Below, one piece after another: positions 1 through 10,429 of a DNA stretch of 53,850 nucleotides (positions are counted from its first letter, which is position 1; the number at the start of each line of letters is the position of its first letter). This stretch comes from Gammaproteobacteria bacterium. GTDB taxonomy: Bacteria; Pseudomonadota; Gammaproteobacteria; Magnimaribacterales; D2472. The stretch spans positions 1,743-55,592 of the forward strand of contig CBFHRY010000003.1 of NCBI GenBank assembly GCA_965658385.1, given 5' to 3'. The notes beneath the pieces were generated by a model. That model worked only from the letters and a program-made list of their open reading frames with translations, was not told the DNA's origin and did no database searches. The translations under genes and the position numbers were made by a program.

Positions 1-75
1 GCATTACAAGCATTTATTTTTATGGCGTTAACCATTGCTTATTTGGCAATGGCGCATGAAACCGAGGAACATTAG
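1..75 (+). CDS. atpB: F0F1 ATP synthase subunit a, C-terminal fragment (5' end lies outside the window)
   Basis: Frame 1 reads ALQAFIFMALTIAYLAMAHETEEH-stop. This is a hydrophobic C-terminus directly upstream of atpE in canonical operon order. Confidence 0.8.
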   Translation, partial: ALQAFIFMALTIAYLAMAHETEEH

Positions 76-89
76 TCCTCAAAATATAG

Positions 90-320
<231 letters not shown>

Positions 321-338
321 GAGAGTAGAAATTAGAAG

Positions 339-809
339 ATGAACATTAACGCAACCTTACTTGCACAAGCAGTAGTTTTTGTAATTTTTGTGGTTATATG
401 CATGAAATATGTCTATCCACAAATACTGGCTGTTATGCAAGAAAGAGAAAAGAGAATATCAGACGGTTTAGAGGCAGCCAAAAAAGCAGACGACTCACTT
501 GAAGAGGCTAAACTAGCCTCAGATAAAGAGTTAAACAAAGCCAAAGAAGAGGCGGCTGATATATTAAAGAAAGCAAATGCTCGAGCTTCTCAAATTGTTG
601 CCGATGCATCTAACAAAGCAGAGGCGGAAGCAGAAAAAATCATGACAGCAGCATCTGCAAGTGTTGAAAACGAAACCAACAGAGCTAAAGAAGAGTTAAG
701 ACAACAAATGTCAGACATTATTATTGATACTACAGAAAAAATTCTCGGGGATGAGATTTCATCTGAAAAACACAATGACATTCTGAAAAAGGCTGCACAG
801 GAGCTTTAA
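339..809 (+). CDS. atpF: F0F1 ATP synthase subunit b
   Basis: 156 aa with an N-terminal TM helix and a long charged coiled coil. Operon position fits. Confidence 0.9.
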   Translation: MNINATLLAQAVVFVIFVVICMKYVYPQILAVMQEREKRISDGLEAAKKADDSLEEAKLASDKELNKAKEEAADILKKANARASQIVADASNKAEAEAEKIMTAASASVENETNRAKEELRQQMSDIIIDTTEKILGDEISSEKHNDILKKAAQEL

Positions 810-1345
810 TGATTGAATTAACACCCTTAGCAAGACCATACGCAAAAGCAATATTTGCTGCTGCTTTGGATGACAACAGCCTGGAAGAAACATCTAATGA
901 ACTTCACACAATTACACTAGCAACCAGTTCTCCTGAGGTAACTAGTGCAATTGAAGACCCTAAAATGTCCAGAAAACAAGTTGTCGATTTGCTAATGGAG
1001 CTCTTCAGTAAAGAGGTATCTCAAAAATCTGAAAGGCTATTATTAATTCTTGCAGAGAACAAAAGATTAAATCTTCTTGAGACAATCCATCAACTATACG
1101 TTGAACTGGTGCAGGACCACAAAAGTCAAAAATCAATAGAGGTTTTTGTGGCCTCTGACCCAAGCGAAGACGCCAAAGAAAAAATAGAAACCAAGCTTTA
1201 TGCTTCTTATGGTGATGACGCTAAAATAACTTTTTTAAAAGACCCAAAAATGATGGGCGGCCTAACTATTAAGGTGGGCGACGAAACACTAGACCTTTCC
1301 ATAAAAGGAAAAGTCAACAAACTTGTAAACCAATTAAATTTTTAA
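809..1345 (+). CDS. atpH: F0F1 ATP synthase subunit delta
   Basis: 178 aa. ATGA start/stop overlap with atpF. OSCP/delta-like ARPYAKAIF N-terminus. Confidence 0.9.
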   Translation: MIELTPLARPYAKAIFAAALDDNSLEETSNELHTITLATSSPEVTSAIEDPKMSRKQVVDLLMELFSKEVSQKSERLLLILAENKRLNLLETIHQLYVELVQDHKSQKSIEVFVASDPSEDAKEKIETKLYASYGDDAKITFLKDPKMMGGLTIKVGDETLDLSIKGKVNKLVNQLNF

Positions 1346-1354
1346 GGTGAAAAT

Positions 1355-2899
1355 ATGAGTCAACTAAATCCATCAGAAATATCCAGCGTTTTAAAAGAAA
1401 AAATAGCTGGCTTGGATCTTTCAGCTGAAAGAAAAAACGAGGGCATTATTGTCAGCGTTTCAGACGGTATCGTAAGAATACATGGCATGGGCGATGTTAT
1501 GTATGGTGAGGTTATTGAATTTGAAAATGGCACAAAAGGCATGGCGTTAAACCTAGAACAAGATTCGGTTGGTGCTGTTGTGCTGGGTGATTACCTTGGT
1601 TTGGTTGAGGGACAGAAAGCCGTTTGTACAGGTAAGGTTTTAGAGGTTCCTGTTGGAGAGGGTCTATTAGGAAGGGTGGTAAATACACTTGGAACACCTA
1701 TTGATGGTAAGGGAGAAATTAAAGCACAAGGCACATCTCCTGTAGAAGTGGTTGCCCCTGGTGTTATCGCCAGACAGTCTGTTGATCAACCGGTTCAAAT
1801 TGGACTAAAAGCTGTTGATGCAATGGTGCCTATTGGTAGAGGCCAAAGGGAGTTAATCATCGGCGACAGACAAACAGGTAAAACAGCTGTTGCTATCGAC
1901 GCTATTATTAACCAAAAAGGAACAGGTATTAAATGTATCTATGTTGCTATTGGCCAAAAACAATCAACAGTTGCTAACGTTGTCAGGAAGCTTGAAGAGC
2001 ATGGAGCTATGGAGCACACAATTGTTGTTTCTGCTACTGCAGCCGATCCTGCGCCAATGCAATATTTGTCTGCTTATTCTGGTTGCGCAATGGGAGAATA
2101 TTTTAGAGACAGGGGAGAAGATGCTCTTATTGTTTACGATGATCTTTCAAAACAGGCTGTTGCATACAGACAGGTATCTTTACTATTAAAAAGGCCCCCT
2201 GGAAGGGAAGCATATCCTGGTGATGTGTTTTATCTACACTCAAGATTATTAGAGAGAGCTGCGCGGGTAAACGCAGAATATGTTGAACAAGTAACAGGTG
2301 GAGAGGTTAAAGGCAAAACAGGCTCCTTAACAGCACTGCCAATAATTGAAACCCTTGCCGGCGACGTTTCTGCTTTTGTTCCAACAAACGTAATTTCTAT
2401 TACTGACGGACAGATTTATTTAGAAACAGAGCTATTTAACTCAGGTGTTAGACCTGCGATTAACCCAGGCTTATCAGTATCAAGGGTTGGCGGATCTGCG
2501 CAAACAAAAATAATGAAAAAACTAGCTGGTGGCGTTAGAACAGCCTTAGCTCAATATAGAGAGTTAGCAGCATTCTCACAGTTTGCGTCTGATTTAGATG
2601 ACGCAACCAAACAGCAACTTGCAAACGGTAAGGCGTTTACAGAACTACTCAAACAAAAACAATATGCTCCAATGAGCGTTGCTCAACAAGCACTAAGTCT
2701 TTATGCAGCTGACAGAGGCTACATGGCAGATGTTGATGTTGAAAAAATATTAGATTTTGAGACAGCATTGCACGGATATTTAACCTCTGAGAAGGGTGAG
2801 CTTGAAGAGCAAATCAATACAACAGGTGATTGGAATGATGATATTGAGAATCAGTTTAAAGAACTTGTTGAAGACTTCAAAAAGACACAAACTTTTTAA
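1355..2899 (+). CDS. atpA: F0F1 ATP synthase subunit alpha
   Basis: 514 aa. Walker A GDRQTGKT and highly conserved alpha-subunit sequence throughout. Confidence 0.98.
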   Translation: MSQLNPSEISSVLKEKIAGLDLSAERKNEGIIVSVSDGIVRIHGMGDVMYGEVIEFENGTKGMALNLEQDSVGAVVLGDYLGLVEGQKAVCTGKVLEVPVGEGLLGRVVNTLGTPIDGKGEIKAQGTSPVEVVAPGVIARQSVDQPVQIGLKAVDAMVPIGRGQRELIIGDRQTGKTAVAIDAIINQKGTGIKCIYVAIGQKQSTVANVVRKLEEHGAMEHTIVVSATAADPAPMQYLSAYSGCAMGEYFRDRGEDALIVYDDLSKQAVAYRQVSLLLKRPPGREAYPGDVFYLHSRLLERAARVNAEYVEQVTGGEVKGKTGSLTALPIIETLAGDVSAFVPTNVISITDGQIYLETELFNSGVRPAINPGLSVSRVGGSAQTKIMKKLAGGVRTALAQYRELAAFSQFASDLDDATKQQLANGKAFTELLKQKQYAPMSVAQQALSLYAADRGYMADVDVEKILDFETALHGYLTSEKGELEEQINTTGDWNDDIENQFKELVEDFKKTQTF

Positions 2900-2906
2900 T
2901 TAGAAA

Positions 2907-3767
2907 ATGGCCAATACAAAAGAAGTAAGAAAACAGATTGCGAGTATAAAAAGCACGCAAAAAATCACTTCAGCTATGGAGATGGTTGCTGCTTCTAAAA
3001 TGAAAAAAACCCAGGACAGTATGTTCGAGGGAAGGCCGTACTCACAAAAAATAAAAGAAGTTATTTCACATATTGCTATGGCTAGCTCTGAATATAATCA
3101 TCCTTTTTATGAAGAGAGAAAGCCCAAGAAAGCTTGTTTTATAGTTATCTCATCAGACAAAGGTTTGTGCGGAGGCTTAAACATAAACCTATTCAAACAG
3201 GTTATTGCTAAATCTGCAGAATTGGATGCCCAAGGCATAGAATCTTGTTTTGCGCTTGTCGGCACAAAAGCATCTGGGTTCTTTAAGTCAGTTGGCGGCC
3301 AGGTTGTTGCTGTAACAGAAAAGCTTGGCGACAAACCAAACCCCGATGATCTGATTGGCTTCACAAAGGTTGTTTTAGATATGCATAAAAATGGAGACAT
3401 TGATGAGGCATACCTGTGCTCAAATAGTTTTGTAAACACAATGACACAACAACCAAAAGTAGAGCAATTAATTCCACTTTCACCAGAAGAAATAGATGGA
3501 CCAAAAACACACTGGGATTACATTTACGAACCTGAAGCAAAGGTTTTGTTAGATGGCTTACTAACAAGATACATAGAATCACTTGTCTATCAGGCTGTGG
3601 TTGAAAATAACGCATGCGAACAAGCGGCCAAAATGATTGCAATGAAAAATGCAACCGATAACGCGGGTGACTTAATCAAAGAATTAGAACTTTTATACAA
3701 CAACGTAAGACAAGCGGCTATCACTCAAGAGCTCTCAGAGATAGTCGGCGGCGCAGCTGCAGTTTAA
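2907..3767 (+). CDS. atpG: F0F1 ATP synthase subunit gamma
   Basis: 286 aa. [15 protein letters not shown]-terminus and [18 protein letters not shown]-terminus are typical of gamma. Confidence 0.97.
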   Translation: MANTKEVRKQIASIKSTQKITSAMEMVAASKMKKTQDSMFEGRPYSQKIKEVISHIAMASSEYNHPFYEERKPKKACFIVISSDKGLCGGLNINLFKQVIAKSAELDAQGIESCFALVGTKASGFFKSVGGQVVAVTEKLGDKPNPDDLIGFTKVVLDMHKNGDIDEAYLCSNSFVNTMTQQPKVEQLIPLSPEEIDGPKTHWDYIYEPEAKVLLDGLLTRYIESLVYQAVVENNACEQAAKMIAMKNATDNAGDLIKELELLYNNVRQAAITQELSEIVGGAAAV

Positions 3768-5177
<1,410 letters not shown>

Positions 5178-5179
5178 AT

Positions 5180-5593
5180 ATGAGCACCATTAAGATCAAC
5201 ATAGTTTCTTCAAGTGAAGAGATTTATTCCGGAGAAGGAACTATGGTTTATGCCACTGGCTCACTTGGTGAGATTGGTATAGCTCCTGGTCATACGCCTC
5301 TACTAACAGGCCTAGCAGCAGGTCCGGTAAGGGTTGTTAATGGTGAAAAAGAAGAAGCATTTTTTTGCTCAGGAGGCTTCTTAGAAGTTCAACCAGATCT
5401 AGTAACTGTTTTATCAGACACAGCTGAGCGAGCTGAAAACTTAGATGAGGCAGAGGCAATTAAAGCAAAAGAGGCCGCTGAGAAAGATCTAGCAAATCAA
5501 GATGCCTCTTTAGACTACGCTAAAGCGTCTGCGCAGCTAGCCGAAGCAGTAGCAAGACTCAAAACAATTCAAAAACTTCGTAAAAAGCAGTAA
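5180..5593 (+). CDS. atpC: F0F1 ATP synthase subunit epsilon
   Basis: 137 aa. Operon position and a beta-sandwich plus helical hairpin pattern. Confidence 0.93.
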   Translation: MSTIKINIVSSSEEIYSGEGTMVYATGSLGEIGIAPGHTPLLTGLAAGPVRVVNGEKEEAFFCSGGFLEVQPDLVTVLSDTAERAENLDEAEAIKAKEAAEKDLANQDASLDYAKASAQLAEAVARLKTIQKLRKKQ

Positions 5594-5624
5594 TATAAGT
5601 ATTAATTTTAAACATTAAATTAAT

Positions 5625-6983
5625 GTGAATATACATACTATTATTCTTGCTGCTGGCGAAGGCACAAGAATGAACTCTAATCGTGCCAAGTCTCTACAAA
5701 CAGTAGGCGGCACTTCTATGTTAGAGAAAATATGCAGAACAGCAGGAAAAATTAGCAAAGACATAACCTTAATTGTTGGTTTTGACAAAGAATCAATTAT
5801 TAATGAGGCTAATACTTTTGCTGAATTAAATATCACAACCAGCCTTCAGCCCAAGCCAATAGGCACTGGCGATGCTGTAAAGTGTGGGTTGGACAAAGTC
5901 AACTCAGGCTCAAAAGTTTTGGTTCTATATGGCGACGTTCCATTAATCAAAAAAGCAACCCTAGACAATCTTATCGCAGAATCAAGCGAGGGCGCATCAA
6001 TCTTGACTACCACCCTAGAGGATCCTTTTGGCTATGGCAGAGTTAAAAAAACAGAGAACGGTTTTGCAACTGCTGTAATAGAAGAGAAAGATGCGGATAG
6101 CGATGAAAAGAAGATCAAAGAAGTATTTACCGGCGTTTTATGTGCTGAGAAAGAGCTCTTAGAAACAAGCCTTCAAGAAGTTACAAACAATAACGCAGCA
6201 AATGAATTTTACTTAACCGACATAGTTTCTATAATGAGTTCTAAGGGGGTAAATATTAATACCTACATTTCTTCAAATGAGGAAGTTCAAGGCGCTAATA
6301 ACAAAAAAGAGTTAGAAAAACTTGAGAGCATATATAGATCAATGAAAACAGAGGAATTATTTAACCAAGGCATAACTATTGTAGATGCCAAAAGACTTGA
6401 TGTTCGGGGCGAGGTTAAGGCTGGCAAAGACTGCTTGATAGATGTAAATGTAATTTTAGAGGGAGATATCACGCTTGGAAACAATGTGTCTATAGGCCCA
6501 AATACAATTTTGAAGGATGTAGAGGTTGGTGATGGCACCAAAATAGAAGCTTTCTCTCACATAGTAAATGCAAAAATTGGTGACAACTGCTCAATAGGAC
6601 CATATGCAAGACTAAGAGAGGGCAGCAGAATAGAAGATTCTGGAAAAGTAGGCAATTTTGTAGAAACAAAAAATAGCACACTTGGTAGTGGCTCAAAAGC
6701 TAACCATTTTACCTATTTAGGTGATACAACAGTTGGTACTAAAACAAATATTGGGGCCGGCACAATAACTTGCAACTATGACGGCAAAAACAAACATAAG
6801 ACCATAGTTGGTGATAATAGCTTCATAGGCAGCAACTCTTCTTTGGTGGCACCGGTGAAAATAGGAAATAACACCACCATTGCAGCCGGATCAACAATAA
6901 CCAAAGATGTTCCAAGCGATGCCCTTGGTGTTGGCAGGTCAAAACAAACAAATAAAGACAATTGGTCTAAGAAAAAAGGATAA
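5625..6983 (+). CDS. glmU: bifunctional UDP-N-acetylglucosamine pyrophosphorylase / glucosamine-1-phosphate N-acetyltransferase
   Basis: GTG start. ILAAGEGTRM nucleotidyltransferase motif and C-terminal left-handed beta-helix hexapeptide repeats. Sits upstream of glmS. Confidence 0.95.
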   Translation: MNIHTIILAAGEGTRMNSNRAKSLQTVGGTSMLEKICRTAGKISKDITLIVGFDKESIINEANTFAELNITTSLQPKPIGTGDAVKCGLDKVNSGSKVLVLYGDVPLIKKATLDNLIAESSEGASILTTTLEDPFGYGRVKKTENGFATAVIEEKDADSDEKKIKEVFTGVLCAEKELLETSLQEVTNNNAANEFYLTDIVSIMSSKGVNINTYISSNEEVQGANNKKELEKLESIYRSMKTEELFNQGITIVDAKRLDVRGEVKAGKDCLIDVNVILEGDITLGNNVSIGPNTILKDVEVGDGTKIEAFSHIVNAKIGDNCSIGPYARLREGSRIEDSGKVGNFVETKNSTLGSGSKANHFTYLGDTTVGTKTNIGAGTITCNYDGKNKHKTIVGDNSFIGSNSSLVAPVKIGNNTTIAAGSTITKDVPSDALGVGRSKQTNKDNWSKKKG

Positions 6984-6986
6984 AAA

Positions 6987-8813
6987 ATGTGCGGCATTAT
7001 TGCAGCTGCCTCTAACAGGCATGTAGGAAAATTATTAGTCCAAGGACTTCATAAAATGGAGTATCGAGGATATGACTCAGCAGGCATCGCTCTTCATCAA
7101 AATGAGAGCATAGCCCACCTTAGAGCCCTTGGAAAAGTTCAGCTTCTAGAAGAAAAAATGATTGCTGAAAAACCAAAAAGCAAATTAGGTATTGCTCATA
7201 CAAGATGGGCAACTCATGGGGAGCCATCAGAGACTAATGCTCATCCCCACAAATCTCAAGATTCTGTTTATATTGTTCATAACGGCATTATTGAAAATTA
7301 TGTTGAGCTTAAAGAAGACCTTAAGAAAGATGGCTATGAATTTATATCTCAAACAGATTCAGAGCTAATCGCCCATTTGCTTGATTTATATATTAACCAA
7401 GGCCAGTCAATGATAGACGCAATGTATTCAGCAAAAGAAAAACTCGAGGGCGCATATGCGATAGCAGCTATTGATATAAAAGATAGCACTAATTTGGTTA
7501 TAGCAAGAAACAAATCACCTCTATTAATAGGAGTTGGAACCGATGAAATGTTTGCAGCCTCAGATCCTCTTGCTATAGCACAACAAACCAATGATTTTAT
7601 TTTTTTAGAAGATGGTGATGTAGCAGAGATTTCTGCCAATAGTTACAAAATATTTGATGATTCTAAAAACGAAGCCAAAAGAGAAATCACACATATAGAT
7701 ATTTCAGCTCAAGCAACCTCAAAGGGTGATTACAGGCACTATATGGAAAAAGAAATATACGAACAACCTGAGGCTGTTTCAAAAACAATAGACGGAAGAA
7801 TAGGCGGCGAGGACGTTCTAGATAATATTTTTGGCTTGGGTTCTACCGAACTATTCTCAAAAGTAAAACGCATTCAAATGGTTGCTTGCGGAACAAGTCT
7901 TCATGCAGGAAGAGTTGCTGCAAATTGGTTTTCATCAATAGCCGATCTTCCATGCCAAGTTGATTATGCAAGTGAGTATAGATATAGAAATCCCCATGTA
8001 GATAAAAACTCATTATTAATTACCATTTCTCAATCAGGCGAAACAGCTGATACTTTGGCTGCCTTAAACTACGCAAAAGAAAAAGACTATCTTTCTACTC
8101 TTGCTATCTGCAATGTTCCCACGAGCTCTTTAGCTAGAGAGTCAGACTTTTCACTGTTTACCAACGCAGGCCCGGAAATAGGCGTTGCTTCAACCAAAGC
8201 TTTTACAACCCAGCTTGCAGGATTAATGTTGCTTGCATTATCACTGGCAAAAAGCAGAGGGCTAAACCCAAAACTCAGGGGAAGAATAGTCCAGGCGTTA
8301 AGATCGCTCCCAGTGACTATCGAAGAAGCCCTTAACCTAAAAGAACAAATGGTTGAAATAGCACCAAATATTGCTAACAAAGATAATGCTTTATTTTTAG
8401 GTAGAGGTATTTTTTATCCTATCGCCAAAGAAGGAGCATTAAAGCTTAAAGAGATTTCTTACATCCATGCAGAAGCTTACCCTGCTGGCGAGCTAAAACA
8501 TGGCCCACTTGCATTAATAGATGAAAATATGCCGGTTATAGCATTAGCGCCTGAAAGCGAAATTGCAGAAAAACTAATTTCTAATTTAGAAGAAGTGAAG
8601 GCAAGAGGTGGAACCCTTTATGTCTGCGCCGATCCTTCGGTAAACATGGATGTTAAGTCTGGCAAATTAGTTCACATGCCTGATTGTGATTTCTTTATGA
8701 CACCAATTGTTTATAACATTCCATTGCAAATTCTTTCATACGAAGTTGCACTTCTAAGAGGAACAGACATTGATCAGCCAAGGAACTTAGCCAAGTCAGT
8801 GACGGTGGAATAG
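6987..8813 (+). CDS. glmS: glutamine--fructose-6-phosphate aminotransferase (isomerizing)
   Basis: MCGI N-terminal nucleophile Cys, two SIS domains, and the canonical C-terminus LAKSVTVE-stop. Confidence 0.98.
   Translation: MCGIIAAASNRHVGKLLVQGLHKMEYRGYDSAGIALHQNESIAHLRALGKVQLLEEKMIAEKPKSKLGIAHTRWATHGEPSETNAHPHKSQDSVYIVHNGIIENYVELKEDLKKDGYEFISQTDSELIAHLLDLYINQGQSMIDAMYSAKEKLEGAYAIAAIDIKDSTNLVIARNKSPLLIGVGTDEMFAASDPLAIAQQTNDFIFLEDGDVAEISANSYKIFDDSKNEAKREITHIDISAQATSKGDYRHYMEKEIYEQPEAVSKTIDGRIGGEDVLDNIFGLGSTELFSKVKRIQMVACGTSLHAGRVAANWFSSIADLPCQVDYASEYRYRNPHVDKNSLLITISQSGETADTLAALNYAKEKDYLSTLAICNVPTSSLARESDFSLFTNAGPEIGVASTKAFTTQLAGLMLLALSLAKSRGLNPKLRGRIVQALRSLPVTIEEALNLKEQMVEIAPNIANKDNALFLGRGIFYPIAKEGALKLKEISYIHAEAYPAGELKHGPLALIDENMPVIALAPESEIAEKLISNLEEVKARGGTLYVCADPSVNMDVKSGKLVHMPDCDFFMTPIVYNIPLQILSYEVALLRGTDIDQPRNLAKSVTVE
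8795..8813 (+). repeat. core repeat R0 (gtcagtgacggtggaatag), the authentic glmS 3' end
   Basis: First of four direct copies of a 19-nt core. The others are at 9617, 10411 and 10675. Encodes S-V-T-V-E-stop. Confidence 0.9.
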
Positions 8814-8827
8814 TTTCGTTTGCAGAA

Positions 8828-9046
8828 TTAAGTCTTAGGCAGTTTAAATAAATCTTCAACTTTACAATTAAAAATCTTTGATATTTTTAATGCTAGAACG
8901 GTTGAGGGTACATAAATCCCATTTTCAATAGCATTGATACTTTTTCTTGAAACATCTGTTTTATTTGAAAGTTCTTGTTGAGTTAGACCTGCATTTTTTC
9001 TGTATTGCTCAAGATTGTTTAGGAGTTTGTGATGATTTTTACCCAT
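8828..9046 (-). CDS. small XRE-family helix-turn-helix transcriptional regulator (copy A)
   Basis: 72 aa from the ATG at 9046 (the ORF track extends to 9067). HTH_3-like LTQQELSNKTDVSRKSINAIENG. 59/72 residues identical to copy B by hand alignment. Overlaps the upstream gene by 8 nt (ATGGGTAA). Confidence 0.85.
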   Translation of the reverse strand: MGKNHHKLLNNLEQYRKNAGLTQQELSNKTDVSRKSINAIENGIYVPSTVLALKISKIFNCKVEDLFKLPKT

Positions 9047-9464
9047 GTTGGGATTCTCGATAATCACCTATTGCAAACCATATTAAAAGCACTCCAAAAA
9101 TTAACCAAGCATAAGCAGCAATTTGTAAAATCATATTTGATGCGATTTGGATATCCCAGTTTTGGTAATCTTGAATGCTAAATATTATAAATAAACCTAT
9201 GCCGTTAAGTGCGTACCCTAAATTGCCTAATCTATAAAATCTATCTGCTGCATATTCGTCATAAAGTTTATTATTTATTCCTTCTTTACCATAGTAATAA
9301 GATATTACTAAAACAATAGACGTTAAAATTATAAGTATTCCAGGTATGAACATTAGATTAGATGGAAGTTGTAATATACCTAAATCAAATAAAAGATGAA
9401 TTGCAAAAAAGACTTGTACGACTCCACATAAAAATAACATTAAAAAACGTGTATAAAAATTCAT
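9039..9464 (-). CDS. multi-pass membrane protein of unknown function, partner of the HTH regulator
   Basis: 141 aa with about 4 predicted TM helices and a charged central loop (LYDEYAADRFYR). Translationally coupled to the HTH gene. Confidence 0.7.
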   Translation of the reverse strand: MNFYTRFLMLFLCGVVQVFFAIHLLFDLGILQLPSNLMFIPGILIILTSIVLVISYYYGKEGINNKLYDEYAADRFYRLGNLGYALNGIGLFIIFSIQDYQNWDIQIASNMILQIAAYAWLIFGVLLIWFAIGDYRESQHG

Positions 9465-9492
9465 GGTTAGTTTATTTCCTTAATTAATTAAA

Positions 9493-9537
9493 TGTAACGT
9501 AAACTTATCACTATCTTAATGAGAAGTAAAGGTTACA
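9493..9537. promoter_or_regulatory. 45-nt imperfect palindrome (tgtaacgtaaactt N17 aagtaaaggttaca), candidate operator of the cassette A HTH regulator
   Basis: 14-nt arms matching 11/14, located 29-73 nt upstream of the membrane-gene start codon. Conserved with identical spacing in cassette B. Confidence 0.5.
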
Positions 9538-9616
9538 AGATAAATTATTGTATAATTCTTACGTGGACAAAAAATACATAAATTTCTACAAGAAATTTAT
9601 TCTGCAAACGAAAACA

Positions 9617-9635
9617 GTCAGTAACGGTGGAGTAG
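9617..9635 (+). repeat. core repeat R1 (gtcagtaacggtggagtag)
   Basis: 17/19 identical to R0. Both differences are third-codon-position changes in the frame S-V-T-V-E-stop. Sits in the loop of the 9597-9652 inverted repeat. Confidence 0.85.
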
Positions 9636-9649
9636 TTTCGTTTGCAGAA

Positions 9650-9868
9650 TTAATTATTTGGCAATCTAAATAAATCCTCTACCTTACATCCAAGAGTTTT
9701 AGAAATTTTTAAAGCAAGAACAGTAGAAGGGACATATATTCCGTTCTCAATTGCATTAATGCTTTTTCTAGAAACATCAGCACTCTCAGATAATTCCTGT
9801 TGAGTTAACCCTGCATTCTTACGAAGTTCCTCAAGATTGTTTAGAAGTTTTTTATGATCTTTGCCCAA
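9650..9868 (-). CDS. small XRE-family helix-turn-helix transcriptional regulator (copy B)
   Basis: 72 aa. Paralog of copy A (59/72 identical). Confidence 0.85.
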   Translation of the reverse strand: MGKDHKKLLNNLEELRKNAGLTQQELSESADVSRKSINAIENGIYVPSTVLALKISKTLGCKVEDLFRLPNN

Positions 9869-9870
9869 AA

Positions 9871-10266
9871 TTATTTCTTTTCGAAGTCTTCAACTGCATT
9901 TGTTAATTCTTCACTTGTGTTTGGGTAAAGATAACCAGCAATTATTTGTCCTAAACCAATAGCAGCAACTAATGCTCCAACACCTTTAAGCACTGAACCT
10001 AGAAAAAATACACCAAACAGAAAAAGACCCACACCAGTAAATAATGTAACAACCCCAGTTCTTCTATAATCAATTGGTTCTTTTTTTCTTTCATCAAGCA
10101 TGCCTATTAAGTCTTCGACTTTTGAAGGATCATCAATGTTTTTCGATATCTCCAATATTGTTCTATTCTTATCCTTGCTTTCAAAATATAACCAAACAAA
10201 GACAGATACAGGCACTATTATTCCTGTCATTATTCCTAATACCGGTATTAATATTTCAAGACCCAT
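9871..10266 (-). CDS. membrane protein of unknown function (3 predicted TM helices), partner of HTH copy B
   Basis: I place the start at the ATG at 10266 (MGLEILIPVLG...), which is preceded by GAGGAGAGGAAA. The ORF-track extension to 10401 would run through the conserved operator region. Confidence 0.7.
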   Translation of the reverse strand: MGLEILIPVLGIMTGIIVPVSVFVWLYFESKDKNRTILEISKNIDDPSKVEDLIGMLDERKKEPIDYRRTGVVTLFTGVGLFLFGVFFLGSVLKGVGALVAAIGLGQIIAGYLYPNTSEELTNAVEDFEKK

Positions 10267-10285
10267 TTTCCTCTCCTCACTAAAA

Positions 10286-10330
10286 TGTAACGCAAACTTA
10301 TCATTAATTATATGAGAAGTAAAGGTTACA
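10286..10330. promoter_or_regulatory. 45-nt imperfect palindrome (tgtaacgcaaactt N17 aagtaaaggttaca), candidate operator in cassette B
   Basis: Same arms and same 17-nt spacer length as the cassette A palindrome. Confidence 0.5.
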
Positions 10331-10410
10331 ATTAAAATCATTGTATAATTTTTTATATGGATAAAAAATATATAAATTTCTACAACAAATTTATTCTGCA
10401 AACGAAAACA

Positions 10411-10429
10411 CTCAATGACGGTGGAGTAG
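10411..10429 (+). repeat. core repeat R2 (ctcaatgacggtggagtag)
   Basis: In frame it reads S-M-T-V-E-stop. Immediately follows the right TIR of cassette B. Confidence 0.8.

Larger units (their letters stand above)
8814..9616 (-). mobile_element. cassette A: TIR-bounded segment of about 0.8 kb carrying a membrane protein gene and an XRE HTH gene
   Basis: Bounded by tttcgtttgcagaatta (8814-8830) and its inverted copy ttattctgcaaacgaaa (9597-9613; 16/17 match). Flanked by core copies R0 and R1. No recombinase gene inside. Confidence 0.5.
9636..10410 (-). mobile_element. cassette B: second TIR-bounded segment of about 0.8 kb (different membrane protein gene plus XRE HTH gene)
   Basis: Same 17-nt ends as cassette A (9636-9652 and 10391-10407). 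Flanked by cores R1 and R2. The HTH gene and a promoter/operator region of about 125 nt are homologous to cassette A, but the central membrane gene is unrelated. Confidence 0.5.

Noticed and set aside
5615-8380. Shadow ORFs within glmU and glmS (5615-5836, 6287-6541, 6490-6696, 6776-6997, 7349-7639, 8087-8380)
   Set aside because: They lie opposite or out of frame to conserved glmU/glmS coding sequence and have no recognisable features.
8814-8900. Tn7-like insertion at attTn7 downstream of glmS
   Set aside because: Tn7-family elements insert a few tens of bp downstream of glmS with a 5-bp duplication. They carry TGT-terminated ends with multiple 22-bp TnsB sites and tnsABCD genes. None of these is visible. 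Here the repeat is the glmS coding end itself.
10267-10401. N-terminal extension of the 9871-10401 ORF, plus plus-strand ORFs 10074-10283 and 10100-10315
   Set aside because: The extension runs through the operator and promoter repeat conserved with cassette A, and it has no Shine-Dalgarno sequence. The internal ATG at 10266 has a strong GAGGAGAGG. The plus-strand ORFs are antisense shadows.
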